This document shows positions 10,641 through 22,867 of a DNA stretch of 64,000 nt, in pieces. The position numbers and the translations under genes are program-made. Origin of the DNA: Camelus ferus. Lineage: Eukaryota. The stretch is taken from assembly GCF_009834535.1 (NCBI RefSeq), contig NC_045697.1:107758001-107822000 (forward strand). The letters are read 5' to 3'. Under the pieces are notes generated by a model. The model did no database searches, was not told where the DNA came from, and was given only the letters and a program-made list of their open reading frames with translations. Each line of letters starts with the position of its first letter. The first letter of the stretch is position 1.

Positions 10641-11815
10641 TATAAATAATAAATAGTTCATTTGTGTCCTTAATATTATTATTATTTTTAGATTCCACAT
10701 TTAAGCGATATCATATGGAATTTTTCTTTCTTTTTCTGGCCCACTTCACTTAATGGTGATCTTCAGGTCCATCCATGTTGCTGCAAATGGCCTTGTTTTA
10801 TTCTTTTTTTATGGCTAATTAGTGTTCCATTGTATATATGTACCACATCTTCTTTATCCAGTCATCTGTTGATGGACATTTGGGTTGTTTCCATGTCTTG
10901 GCTATTGTAAATAGTGCTGCTGTGAACATTGGGTTGCAGGTGTCTTTTTGAATTTTATTTTTCTCCAGATATATGTTTTCCTCTAGGAGTTTTATAGTAT
11001 CTGGTCTTACATTTAGGTCTTTAATCCATTTTGAGTTTATTTTTGTACATGGTGTTAGAGAATGTTCTAAATTTAGTCTTTTACAGGTATAGCTGTTCCC
11101 AGGAGTGGGATTGCTGGATCACATGATAAGTCTGTTTTCAGTTTTTTAAGGAACCTCCATGCTGTCCTCCATAGTGGCTTCACCAATCTACATTCTCACC
11201 AGCAGTGTGGGAGGGTTCCCTTTCTCCACACTCTCTCCAGCATCTATCATTTGTAGACTTTTTCAATGATGGCCATTCTGGCTGGTGTGAGGTGATATCT
11301 CATTGTAGTTTTGATCTGCATTTCTCTGACAATTAGCAATGCTGAGCATTTTTTTCATGTGCCTATTGGCCATTTCTGTGTTGTCACTGGAGAATTGCTT
11401 GTTTAGGTCTTTTGCCCATTTTTGGATTGGGTTGCTTGTTTCTTTGATATTAAGGTATGTGAGCTGTTTGTATATTTTGGAAATTAGTCCCTTGTCAGTT
11501 GCATCATTTGCAAATATTTTCTCCCATTCTGTAGGTTGTCTTTTCATTTTGTTGATGGTATCCTTAGCTGTGCAAAAGCTTTTAAGTTTAATTAGATCCC
11601 ATTTGTTTATTTTTGCTTTTATTTCCATTACTCCAGAAGCTGGTTCAAAAAATGTATTGCTGTGATGTATGTCTGTGAGTGTTCTGCCTATGTTTTCCTC
11701 TAGGAGTTTTATAGTATCTGGTCTTACATTTAGGTCTTTAATCCATTTTGAGTTCATTTTTGTACATGGTGTTAGAGAATGTTCTAATTTTAGTCTTTTA
11801 CAGGTATAGCTGTTC
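10641..11815 (-). mobile_element. 5'-truncated LINE-1 (ORF2 C-terminus) with internal 127-bp duplication
   Basis: ORF 11263..11883 (-) reads [35 protein letters not shown]...[16 protein letters not shown]. Segment 10972-11098 duplicates 11689-11815. Confidence 0.92.
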
Positions 11816-11999
11816 AAAATTATTGATAAAAATATATCCAGTGTATCATCTGAGTAGGTGGCAGGTTGCTCTCCCTTCCTCAAAATTTATAAGAAGTCTG
11901 GGCACCACACCCGAACAGCTGGGAATAGATGGCCACCGCATCTTTGTGTGAAAGAGGTCAGTGGTAGACTACTGATTATGGTAGAGATAGAGGTAGTTA

Positions 12000-12600
12000 G
12001 TGATTATGGCTGCCCTGGATGTTTCTTTCTCATCGCTGTTGGTAATAACAGTCCTTTCCATTTGGAGACTTCTTTCCCTTTTCGCCTCATTTTGATAAAG
12101 ACAGCAATCATGTTGATCTATGACCTCCCCATTCCCTGCTTCCTATTCCTAGCCACAAACGTAAGCATGTGACTGAGGCCTAATTAGAGATTCCCATCTC
12201 CTAGGCAACCCCATCTTCCAGGCTCTAGTGATGATGTGATCAGATGAATGTGACTCATCCCCAGGTCTTTTGTGATACAGCAAATGCGCAAGACATTTGT
12301 GTCTTTGAGATGTAAGTGCAGGACAAGCGGTAGCCTGGAGTTTATTTCCTGGATCACATGGAAGGCACGCATGAAGCAGAGAGAGGGAGGCCATTAGGCA
12401 AAGAGATGCAGAGATACGCAGAGACTTGGTAAGGTGGGTGGTGGGCAAGAGCAAATGAGTTTCCTGACATTGAGTCCTGATCCAGTTTTCTTCTGTTCTA
12501 AGTGCTATCTAGCTAGATGAGCTAATATACCTTCTGTTTTGCCCAAGCAGATTTGAGTTGGCTTTCTGTCACCTGTAAATTCAGACATCTGGATTAACAC
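12000..12600 (+). mobile_element. Old ERVL-MaLR (MLT1-like) solo LTR
   Basis: Ends with ttttgcccaagcagatttgagttggctttctgtcacctgtaa...ggattaacac, typical of MLT1 3' termini. Internal gcatgtgact motifs are present. Confidence 0.6.
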
Positions 12601-15600
12601 ACTGGGGAAATATCTGAGGCTAGAGGCATGCTTTAAAAAAAAATGTTCACTTTAATAATTTGCTTAGTGACCAGCTGAGGCCCCAGTGTCCCATGCTGAA
12701 GGGCACACTCATGTTATGTCTAACCCAGCTTTTCCAAAGCTGCTATTACTAATTGCTAATCATGACCATAGGAGGAAAAATACCTCACCCCAGAAATGGC
12801 TACTGGCCAATTTTAAAACACTGTAGCTTGTTCCTGATAAATGTTTTAGAATAAGTGATTTGCAAAGAATTTTTCTAAAAGATCTTACTCCAATTAAATG
12901 CAGGAAGATACACACTTAAAGATATTTGGGAGAAGCACTGAATTGAACGGAATAGCCTTCGAATAGTGGATCTTGAGTTGCTTTTGGTGACTTGAATTTG
13001 ACATCAGAAGTTGTCTCTCATCTGTTCAGTGTGTAAAAACATAACCATATTACCAGTGTGGCCACACTTACCTTCTGGTTCTCTGTAGTTGCCATTCATA
13101 CACCCTGGGGACATTCTGATTGTTTTGCCTCCAAAGCAAACCTGAGTGGGATTCTAATAAGTAAGGCTAGAGGATGGGAACTAAGTTGACTGGAAATCTG
13201 AGGACAAAAGAGACGAGCCTAGGATCTGCCCAGAAGTAGTCCATGTTGTGGAGGAAGTCTGGCATCGTCACAATAAAGTAGGCCATTGGAACATAGAGTG
13301 TCCTGATACACTTGGGGAGAAGCACTGAACTGAACAGAGCCTGGAAGGAAAAAGTATACCGGAAGGATCTAGCATTTTTCTATCTGTGGGATTGCAATAG
13401 AGTTATAACTTTTACTTATTTCCTCAAAGACAAATAAGGGACAAATACAGAGAAACCAAATGGGCGCAGTCCAATTTCAGAACAAGGATATGAAGTTAAT
13501 GTAGTAAAACAAATGTTTCAGCATAACAGCCATTTAAATTCTCTCACTGTATTGGAAACGTGGGCATCCTTGGAATGACTGCAGGAGGCGGGAAATGACG
13601 CATCTCCGGCACTGCCTGCAGTGCACCCGCTGGAGCGTGTTCAGTTGTCCTCGTGTGCTGTGACTGATGACAAAATTGTGTGTCGTTCAAGGCCATTAAT
13701 AGTAAACTGAGTGTCCACAAACAAAACTCTTCTTCTGTACTTAATGGCTAGCTAGCACTGAATAATTTGGAGTTTCCAAAAATGTGAAACAGTTTAATAA
13801 TTTTCCGAGCTCTTGACCATCTGCAAACCAGTTTCATTTACTGGGCGCTGGATGTTGAGAGAAGCAGTAGTCAGACTTGAAGAAGCTTTGCTAATAAATA
13901 AGATTATGCTATACCGAAGGGACTGGTAGTCTGCCGAGGTTTGGCCAGTGACTTTGATTTAAAGGGGTTTTGCCATATGGCTTTCTCAGAAAGCTAAAGA
14001 TCAGATCTCAGGTTCCAGCACATTTGCATTAATATATCATGTTTCCTCACTGAGGGTAGGGCACAAGCTGTATTTTGGGGATAGAATTCGAATGGGGTTA
14101 TGAGAAACGGGAGAAAGGGATTGAGTTGGGTGGTGACTGTGTAGAGAGGGGTGATTTTTCGGACAGGATACTTAATAAATATTCACTGTTACTGTGAGGC
14201 TCTACTGAGTTTTCTGTGACCTTTGCTAGGGAAGTATTTCCACTAAATTAAAGACAACCCTTAAGAGAGTGCTGAATTTCAGAATGTAAAATATGAAACC
14301 AGTTCTGTAATATGGGAAGAGATTTAGAACTGTGGTAATTACTTCTTATTTACAAACCAACTCTGTCACCTGGGACAGAGGACAAATCCTCCTACTTTTA
14401 TAAAAGAGAAATCAAATAGGACATTCCCTGGCAAAAATAAAACTTTCATAATCTTCAACAGGGAGCATTTGTTTCTAGCTGAGATTCCCACCCAAAGTAC
14501 CGCTGCTCAGCTCAGTGTCCTGTACCACTCTCTCTGTTTATGCTGTGAAAGCTGTATCTAATTTTTAAAAGGAGTACAGTAAGGAGTGAGATAGACACTA
14601 GAAAATAAGAAAAAAGGTTTTCAAAAGTTAAAACACGTCTAGTATTATTTTGAACCCCAATTCTCCACTTACTAATGTCTTCCTTCTAGTCAGTATATGC
14701 ATTTTTTAGTATTTGATAATTATCTAACATGTTTTTACTTTCATATCATTATACATTGTTAAATGGTGTGGCAGATGATCTTAGATCCATGTCATATTTT
14801 GTAGGAAATGTTTTCTTGGACTATTAAATGAACAGGGGTCATCTGTGATCTTTTTATTATTCATTTTTGAAGTTGTAAGGGCCTGTAGAAGAGCCCCGCT
14901 GGCTCTCTCTGCCCCTCCCCCACCCCCATGAATGTAAACACTTTGAGAACCACAGTTTTGACTCTGGGAGATGGAGATATTCAGAGGGAGAGAGGTGATC
15001 AGGAGCCGAAAAGGACAGCATGGGCTAATGCTTACCAGAGAGACTGTGTTATATATTATTTAAATAGTGAAGGTAAATGTTGCTCCTGGAAGCAGAAGTG
15101 GTACTGAAATTAGAGCCTCTTTCCTGAGGCATTTCGAGTCTGAAAGGTTCAGGAGGAGAAGACAGAGAATATAGAATGAAAACTGAAGAGGCCCTTTCAA
15201 GGTGAAGACAAGGAGGTACTGTGGGAAGGCTGAGCATCCGGGAAGGCCTTACCCAGCAGGTTTATGAAGAGATTTGGACGAGACTCGGAGAGGGAACAAG
15301 GAAGAGAGTGGGAGTTCTGTAACAGGATTGCATAATTTTATGTGGCTGTGTGCTTTTGAGTAACTCAGTTTTTATTTAAGCTCAGAATATCTCAGAAAAG
15401 TGCAACATTTACAATGAACAGTATCCTCTTGGGAATTAAGATCTAGGAAAGAGCAAGGCAGGCACAGAAATTTAGGGGAGAAAGACCCTGGGGACCTGCC
15501 TTCACGCACAGGATGGTAACAGTGAGTGTGCTGAGGTCTGATCACTGGCCAGCATTGTCTCCTTGGGTTGCTGGCTCAGGAGTTGTTAGCCTTTTGCCTT

Positions 15601-16954
15601 GGGGTGGGATCTGGCCTGTCCAAAGGTTCCTCATCAGAATATAGGAGCTATGAGTAAGTGAATGGCTGTGTGTGGCCCCAGCTGGAGCTGTGGGTGAAAG
15701 GATGAGGGGTGAGGTAGAATAGGCTGTCTTCTCCTCGCCCTCTAGGTGAACAACATCACACTACTGATCCACAGTCATTGGCTGAACTAAGACATCAGCT
15801 GTGTACTTGCGTAGATAGGCTCTCAGCATCAAGGTTTGACTTTATTGCTCTTGCAAAGCTTAGAACTTGGGGAGAAACAAAAATTGGTAATTTGAAATTG
15901 GAACCCACTTTGAGTCTTGAAATTGGGTAACGCCAGTCCCTCAGGATTGTCTGGACCCTGGCAGGGACAGCCGAACGAACAGGCAGCTCAGAGGTTGGAG
16001 CCGCCCACTTCCCTCTCTGCCAGCTCTCATATACTCTCCCCTTTCCCAGCCAGCCTTCCCTAAAAACTACCTCCTGTAACTTGGAAGGAACATTTGTTCC
16101 AAAACTGCCCCAAGGTAAACCCAAGACACCCTTAAATAACAGTTTTTCCTCCTTTTGGATTTGGATGAAATTCCTCCCTGCAGGCAGTATTAGGCATTCT
16201 TTGGGAAGGGTACAAATAGCCCCTAGCTTGGGGCTCCCCTTGTGCATGTGAATATTTAATAAATATTACATGAGGACAGTAAATGAGATGGGAAGCAAAT
16301 TCTTGCAGCCATTGGTACCACTGAAAGCATTTATTAAGCTCTTTACCTTCATGGGGCACTGAGCCAGGGGTAGCACAAAATACAACAGCAGATCTCGGCT
16401 TCTGCCTTTGGAGACTGAGAGCACCATTTGTGAGCTTATTCTTGTGTGAAATCTACCTCTGTTGTCATTCTCAGCTGACAAACAAGTCAATAGTGGTTGT
16501 GGTGAGGAATTAATAATGGTGGCCAATAGAAGGCCAGCATCGAGGTCGACTTCACCCCAGGGCTCCTCCTTTGTTCATTTCATGTTTCTTTCCCATTGAG
16601 CTGCTGCAAGTGCTTTTTACAGTTAGTTACTCCTTATGTAGATATAAATACATTTAAAGAGATTTTTTTTTTTTCCATCCCCACTTTACCTCTCTGTCTT
16701 GATGTATTTGTGATCTGGCTTGGAAATCTCAGTTTGGTTAAGGATTGATTTATCTTTCATTTTTGGGGAAGATACCTTTTGGGAGGCCCAAGTATTTTTC
16801 TTACAGCTGAAGGTATTAAAGCATGGATGGTCCTGGGCAAGGCTGGGAACTGAAAGAAAAGCTTTCCTTTTCTGTGCCCTGCACATCTCCGCTTTCTTAG
16901 CTCCCTCTTTCCACATGTGGTGCATTCCCCACCCCTGCGGCCGACAGCATTTTT

Positions 16955-17065
16955 AAAGACTTTTTATTTTGAAATAATTTTAGATTTACAGAAAAGTTGC
17001 AAAAATAATGTGGCGTGTTCCCATATACCCTTCCCCCAGTTTCCCCCAATGTTAACCGCTTAACT
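16955..17065 (-). mobile_element. Old LINE-1 (L1MC/MD-like) 3' terminal fragment
   Basis: tttattttgaaataattttagatttacagaaaagttgcaaaaata...ttcccatatacccttcccccagtttccccc. Confidence 0.8.
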
Positions 17066-17994
17066 TAATGGGTCAGGCATTTGATGCACGATTTCTTCTC
17101 AGCACCCTTTTAATACCGCTCCTGTGCTGGGGACTTTGCTGTCCTCAGGATCCAGCCATGGCACCATCCTTTTCTCTTACCTTCAAGGAGCTGGAAACCT
17201 ATTAGTGGGTTTGAGTGACTTAAAGTTTTATCTTCTCAGAAGAATTTTTACATTCTAAGACATTTTTTGGGTAACATTAGTAGTGAGTCCAAGTGTAACG
17301 GTTTGTAGTGATCAGTTTTCAGTGGTAGTAGAATTTGGGTGAAAGAGGTTTTTTGAATTGAGGGCCTCTTGAAACCGCTGTTTGTTCATTTATTGAATTT
17401 TCTCTTCACTAGCACTTACTGACTGACTGTTCCATATGTGCTAAATACTGTACTTATCTCTGGAGTAACTTGAACTTCAACTTGTAACTCTTACCTTTAA
17501 GGAATTTATGATCTAGTGGAAAATATACAGTTGCAAAACAGTATGAAAATGTTATGGTAGAGATATAAACAGGGTGCCTGGAAACGCAAGGATAGAGACC
17601 CCAAAACTCTGATCTGACAAATCCTCACTAGGCTGCCCTTACTAGAAGGAGCACTGTCTGGAGACCATGAAATACATAGTGCTGTTCAGTTCAAAATTAT
17701 AATTAAGATGGCCTAGGTAAATCCAGGGAACTGTCAGTACTTTGTTATTTTACAAATGGATGTTACATTGTCCCTCTGTGAAGTGGAGTTAAAATATAGT
17801 TATATTAAATACACCAATGTGCTGATTGTGATTGTCTTCCCAGCCCTTTTTCTGTACATGTTTGCCTTAAAAGAAAACTAGAATGCAATCATTTCTAGAT
17901 GCTATCTTGCATCTTGCTTTTTATATTTTACTATATGTGTGTAGATATGTGTGTGTGTATGTCAATAAGTACACTTTTCACACGTTTTTTGACA

Positions 17995-19915
17995 TTTTAC
18001 TGTGAAAAATTTTATCATGAAAAATTTCAAATGTAGCAAAGTTGAGGGAATTTGACAGTTAGGACCCAAACCTATCATCTGTAGTCTACTAGTAACACTT
18101 TTCTATATTTGCTTTATCACATATATATCTCTTTATCATTCTACTTATTAATGTATCTTAATTATTTAATACATCTTGAAGTACATTGCCTATATTAGGA
18201 AATATCCTCTAAATAGTTCAGCATACTTATCGTTAACTAGAGTCCAATGTTTGTTTACAGATTTTTCTTTTGATAAGAATTTGTTTTCAATGAGATGCAC
18301 TCATCTTGCTGAGTTTTGACAAGCACGTACACCTGTGTAAATCACACTCTATCATGACATAGACTGTACAACACCATTATCACCCTAGAAAGTTCCCTCA
18401 TTACCCTTCCAGTTATTCCCCACTCGCTACCCTTCTAGAGGCAACCACTGTGCTAATTTTTTTCACCAGAGATTAGTTTTGCCCATTCTATGGTTTCATC
18501 TAAATGGAATCATATAATATACATTTGATCCTTAAACAATGTGGGGGTTAGGGGCACTGACCCCCTGCACAATCAAAAATCCAAGTATAACTTTTGACTT
18601 CCCCCAAACTTAGTTTTCTAATAGCCTACTGGTGACTACGAGCCTTACTGATGACACACAATTGATTAACACATGGTTTGCATGTGTATTATATACTGTA
18701 TAAAGTAAGCTAGAGAAAAGAAAAATGTTACTAAGAAAATCATAAGGAAGAGAAAATATATTTACAATACATATATGTATCTATTGAAACAAATCCTTGT
18801 ATAAATGGACCCATGCAGTTCAAACCCATATATACTTTCTTCAACGTGGTCCTTCTTTCACTCAGCATAGTGTTTCTGAGATTCATCCAGATTCCTGTAT
18901 GTTTTAGTAGTTTCATTCCTTTTTATTGCTGCACAGTATTTCTTTGTATGAGTATACCATAGCTTCCCTATTCTTCTATTTATTCATGGACACCTGGAGC
19001 ATTTCTATTTTTTTGGCTCCTGTGAGAAAACTGCAATGAACATTCTTCTACAAGTCTTTTTGTGGATATATGTGTGTGTGTATTCATATATATGTGTATA
19101 TATATATTTCCTGTTTCTTTTGGGTAAATGCCTATGACTAGAATGGCTTGATCATAGGGTAGGTGTATGTTTCCCTTATAAGAAACTGACAAACCTGCTT
19201 CCAAAGTGGTTGTACTTTTTTACATTTCCACCAGTAATATATTAAATTCCTGTTGCTCAACAGCCTTGAGTTTGTCAGTCTTTTTAATTTTGGTCATTCT
19301 GGTTGGTGTGTAGTGATATAATGATATTGAGTACTTTTCATGTGCTTATTGGCCAGTTGCATATCTTCTTTTGTCAAGTGTCTGTTTAAGTATTTGTCAA
19401 TTTAAAAAATTGGATTGTTTGTCTTTTCTTACTGAGTTGGAGTTTTCTATATATCCAAGTACTAGTCCTTTGTCATCATGTTTTGTAGATTTTTATTCCC
19501 AGACAGTGATTTGCTTATTTTCTTAATTGTGTCTTTGATGAGATGCTCTAAATTTCAACACAGTCATATTTATTATTATTTTGAAAATATGACTGCTTTC
19601 TGTGACTTTACTGAGCCCCAAATCATGATGATAGTCTATATTTCCCAGTATAAGCTTAATGATTTTAGCTTTAATGCATGTATCTGTATCATATCTCTTC
19701 AGTTTGTGTGAGTGATGTGAGGTAGAGGTCACGGTTTATTTTCTCTCCATATAGGTATCCAATTATTCCCACACCATTTGTTGAAAAGAGTTTTCTTTAA
19801 CTATTGGATTGCTTTGGTGCATTTGTTGAAAATCATTACTGTATATGTGTGGGTCTACTTCTGAGACTTTCTGTTCTGTTCCATTGATCTACTTTATTCT
19901 TGTCTTGCACCATTT
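17995..19915 (-). mobile_element. Old LINE-1 (L1M/L1ME-like) 3'UTR and ORF2 C-terminus, interrupted by a Tigger MITE
   Basis: gaggcaaccactg...aaatggaatcatata|...|ttctttcactcagcatagtgtttctgagattcatcc...cccacaccatttgttgaaaag...ctgttccattgatcta. Confidence 0.85.
18522..18829. mobile_element. Tigger2a/MER8-like non-autonomous DNA transposon
   Basis: Starts after TA with catttgatccttaaacaatgtgggggttaggggcactgacccc...aaaatccaagtataacttttgact and ends aatggacccatgcagttcaaacccat. The right TIR appears clipped. Confidence 0.85.
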
Positions 19916-20009
19916 TAAATAATTGTATGAATGTCTGTAATCATATAGAATCACTTTGCCATTGTCGGGAATTTTGAAGTTTATAATTTCTCAATGTTAA
20001 TAACAATAT

Positions 20010-20362
20010 TGTTGCTAGGTGAAATAAGTCAAACAGAGAAAGACAAAAACTGTATGATATGACTTATGTGTGGAATCTAAAAAAAATACAAGCTAGTGAA
20101 TATAGCAAAAAAGAAACAGACTCACAGATATAGAGAACAAATTAGTGGTTACCAGTGGGGAGAGGGAAGAGGGTGGGGCAGTATAGGAGTAGGGAATTGG
20201 CAGGTACAAACTATTATGTATGAAATAAGCCACAAGGATATATTGTGCAATATGGAATATTTTATAATAATTATAAATGGAGTATAATTTAAAAATTGTG
20301 AATCACTGTATTCTACACCTGTAACATATAATATTATACAACAACTATACTTCAATTAAAAA
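20010..20362 (+). mobile_element. LINE-1 3' end fragment
   Basis: gctaggtgaaataagtcaaacagagaaagacaaa...tgtggaatctaaaaaa...acagactcacagatatagagaac...ctatacttcaattaaaa. Confidence 0.9.
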
Positions 20363-22694
20363 CATTATGATGCATATTACTTGTTGTTGAATCTTCGATT
20401 ATTTAAGTTATAAGTGGCAGAATTAATTTATAAACAAAATTCAATGCAGATATGTACAAGTGCAACGTTACTGTTTACCTTTACATAGTAGATTCTGATG
20501 TTTAGTTCTGTGACGAATGAGAGTGCCTGCTATTGGCCAGAAGGTAGAGTGAGTCCTCTGACCAACACCGTGAAGTCCTCATCAGCTGGGAGAAGAAAAT
20601 TCACTTGCATCTAAATGTCATTTATAGATGGCTTCTATTATATATCATCAACCAAAGTTACTAGAGTAGAGAAGTAGAAAGACTGAAACCTTCAAAAGGA
20701 CTTTCTTAGAACATACTATTCTCCACGGGTCCCTAAGATGTTGTAAACATGCATTTGCATGCATGTCATGTTGTTGAAAATGAGAGGCAGATATTTGACC
20801 AGTTGTCTAAAGGCAACCACTCAATTATGGAAACAGAACAGCGGTCATAACTCATGTCCTGTGTACTGTCAGATGTGAGAGGTCATCTGTCTTAAGCTTC
20901 TTTATATGGTAATCAGCAAGGCATTTAGTTGTGTACATGATCCCCAAGGCACATGTTCTTATTTTATGTGGTTATGTAAGTAAAAGTGTACTACTGTCTG
21001 AAGTATTTCTACATTCTTAGCTTCTATACTTGATAGTTTATCCACTTACAGGAGCGATTTGTGGTGGCTGCCCTAGACATCATTTCTGGTCTTTGTGATG
21101 CTTTTCTTGGGGAAGATAGAGTTTTAAGGGAAAAACAAATATTTGGGGTGAATATTTAATTTTTTTCCCATGTTCTCAAAACTTTGAAATCATTGTGCAT
21201 CATAATCTTTTAAGAGGTTTTCTTGTGTTTACAAGAATAAAAATTAATATATGTGGTGGAAAGACTACTGTACTGGAACACTGCCGTTTTCATGAATTGT
21301 TAAGTCCTGCAGCGTGTAATCAAAGTTTGATAGCTGCAGCTTGTGTCAAGCTAGATTTTGGCAAAGCGGAAAGACAGAGGACTGTATGTAGAAGAATATC
21401 ATAGGAAGTCTGTGTGTGAATGGGTTCTTCGAAATTTTATACATGCTTTCTCATTTGTCAGTAATTAGAGATTCCCTTTCTGGGCCATGTCAGTTTTTTT
21501 TAACCAAATATGAACTCTTGTCTGTGTGATGCTCTCGTTAGCAGACCATGGCTTATTATAAATAAATCAGAATCTTTCAGAGGGCTGTCCCCTTTTTCTC
21601 TCTTTCTGAGAGATGTCAAGAAAGAGCACAACAAAGCGAGTCAAAGAGTCATTTAGCCTCCATTCTGGCCACAGTGCTGCTTCCAGCCTTCAGTGCTGAT
21701 CCTGTCAGTGGTTCATTGTGGACACAAGACACAGGGGCCACCCTAACCAAGCCCTATCTGGATTAAACTCACCAGTTGGTTTAAGATAGCAGTGTTGGAT
21801 CTGACTGCATTGGCCTTAAGGGTTTGAGGTGTGTCCCAACGTGAATTGCAGGAGTCCTGCACGAACTCAGTCTCTGGTTATTCTTGATGAGAGACTCTCT
21901 CCTTTCTCCCAGAACTGGGTGGAGGTCCTCCGTCGTTTTCTGTTCAGGAGTCTTCCCAGGGGAAGTCCGTGGAGATTTAACCAGGTTGAGTGAAAGGACG
22001 GTCATGGCTGGCTGCTAGGTGACGTACACTCCCTTCAGTATCCAATTTTCCAGTCCCCTGCCTGCTCTCCTAATGAGAAATAAGCCAGAAAATGGGACAG
22101 AACCAAAACCAAAACCAAAACTAGAAAACAAGTTTAAGACGAATTTCCTCCGTTGGCTCTCTGATCTCGTCATATCCTCCTGTTCCCAGCAACTTTTGAT
22201 AGCATGTGTTATATTATATAAAATCAATTGATGTGTTTCCCTTTGTTAAAAGAAAATAATTGTGAGATTCGTGTGCTCATGTAATTCTAAAGTGGAAGCT
22301 TAGAATGAAGAACATTTAGTTTTCCCTCCTTCCCTTTGCGCTGGGATATCTAACATCACCATCAAGGGGTGTGTGTGTATGTGTTTGGTTTGTGCTCAGT
22401 TTAGCTGTCTGGCATTTGTGGTTTTCTCAGAGCTGACTCTTGCCGCTAATGAACATGATCATTTATGCAGTATCGCTGTGGTAGAGGCATGTTAAATAAT
22501 TGATGGGGCATGGCAGGTAGAGAACGGCTAATGTAGTCCTTTTGTTGCTATGGAAATGCATTTGGTTTAAGGGGACTGTTTGTCATTTGGACTGCATGGA
22601 TCTGGTGCACGTGACACCATTGCCTGTGGTTGAGGCAGTTGGAGGGGAAAATCAACTTAAGAGGAAGTGGCATTTTGAAGCAAATTAATATATA

Positions 22695-22867
22695 CTGTTG
22701 TCCCTTGGTATCTGTAGGGGACCAATTCCAGGACCCCCATGGATACCAAAACCCACGGATGCATAAGTCCCTTTTATAAAATGGCCATGGCACAGTCGAC
22801 CCTCTGAATCAGGTTCGGCATCGGCAGATTTGACCAACTGCGGACTGATGATATGGAGGGCTGACTG
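22695..22867. mobile_element. MER2-like Tigger MITE (short derivative)
   Basis: TA followed by ctgttgtcccttggtatctgtaggggaccaattccaggacccccatggataccaaaacccacggatgc. Ends gatatggagggctgactg, a degenerate inverted terminus. Confidence 0.75.

Noticed and set aside
15795..16247. 150-aa minus-strand ORF
   Set aside because: No recognisable domain or splice context. Its length is compatible with chance in 64 kb.
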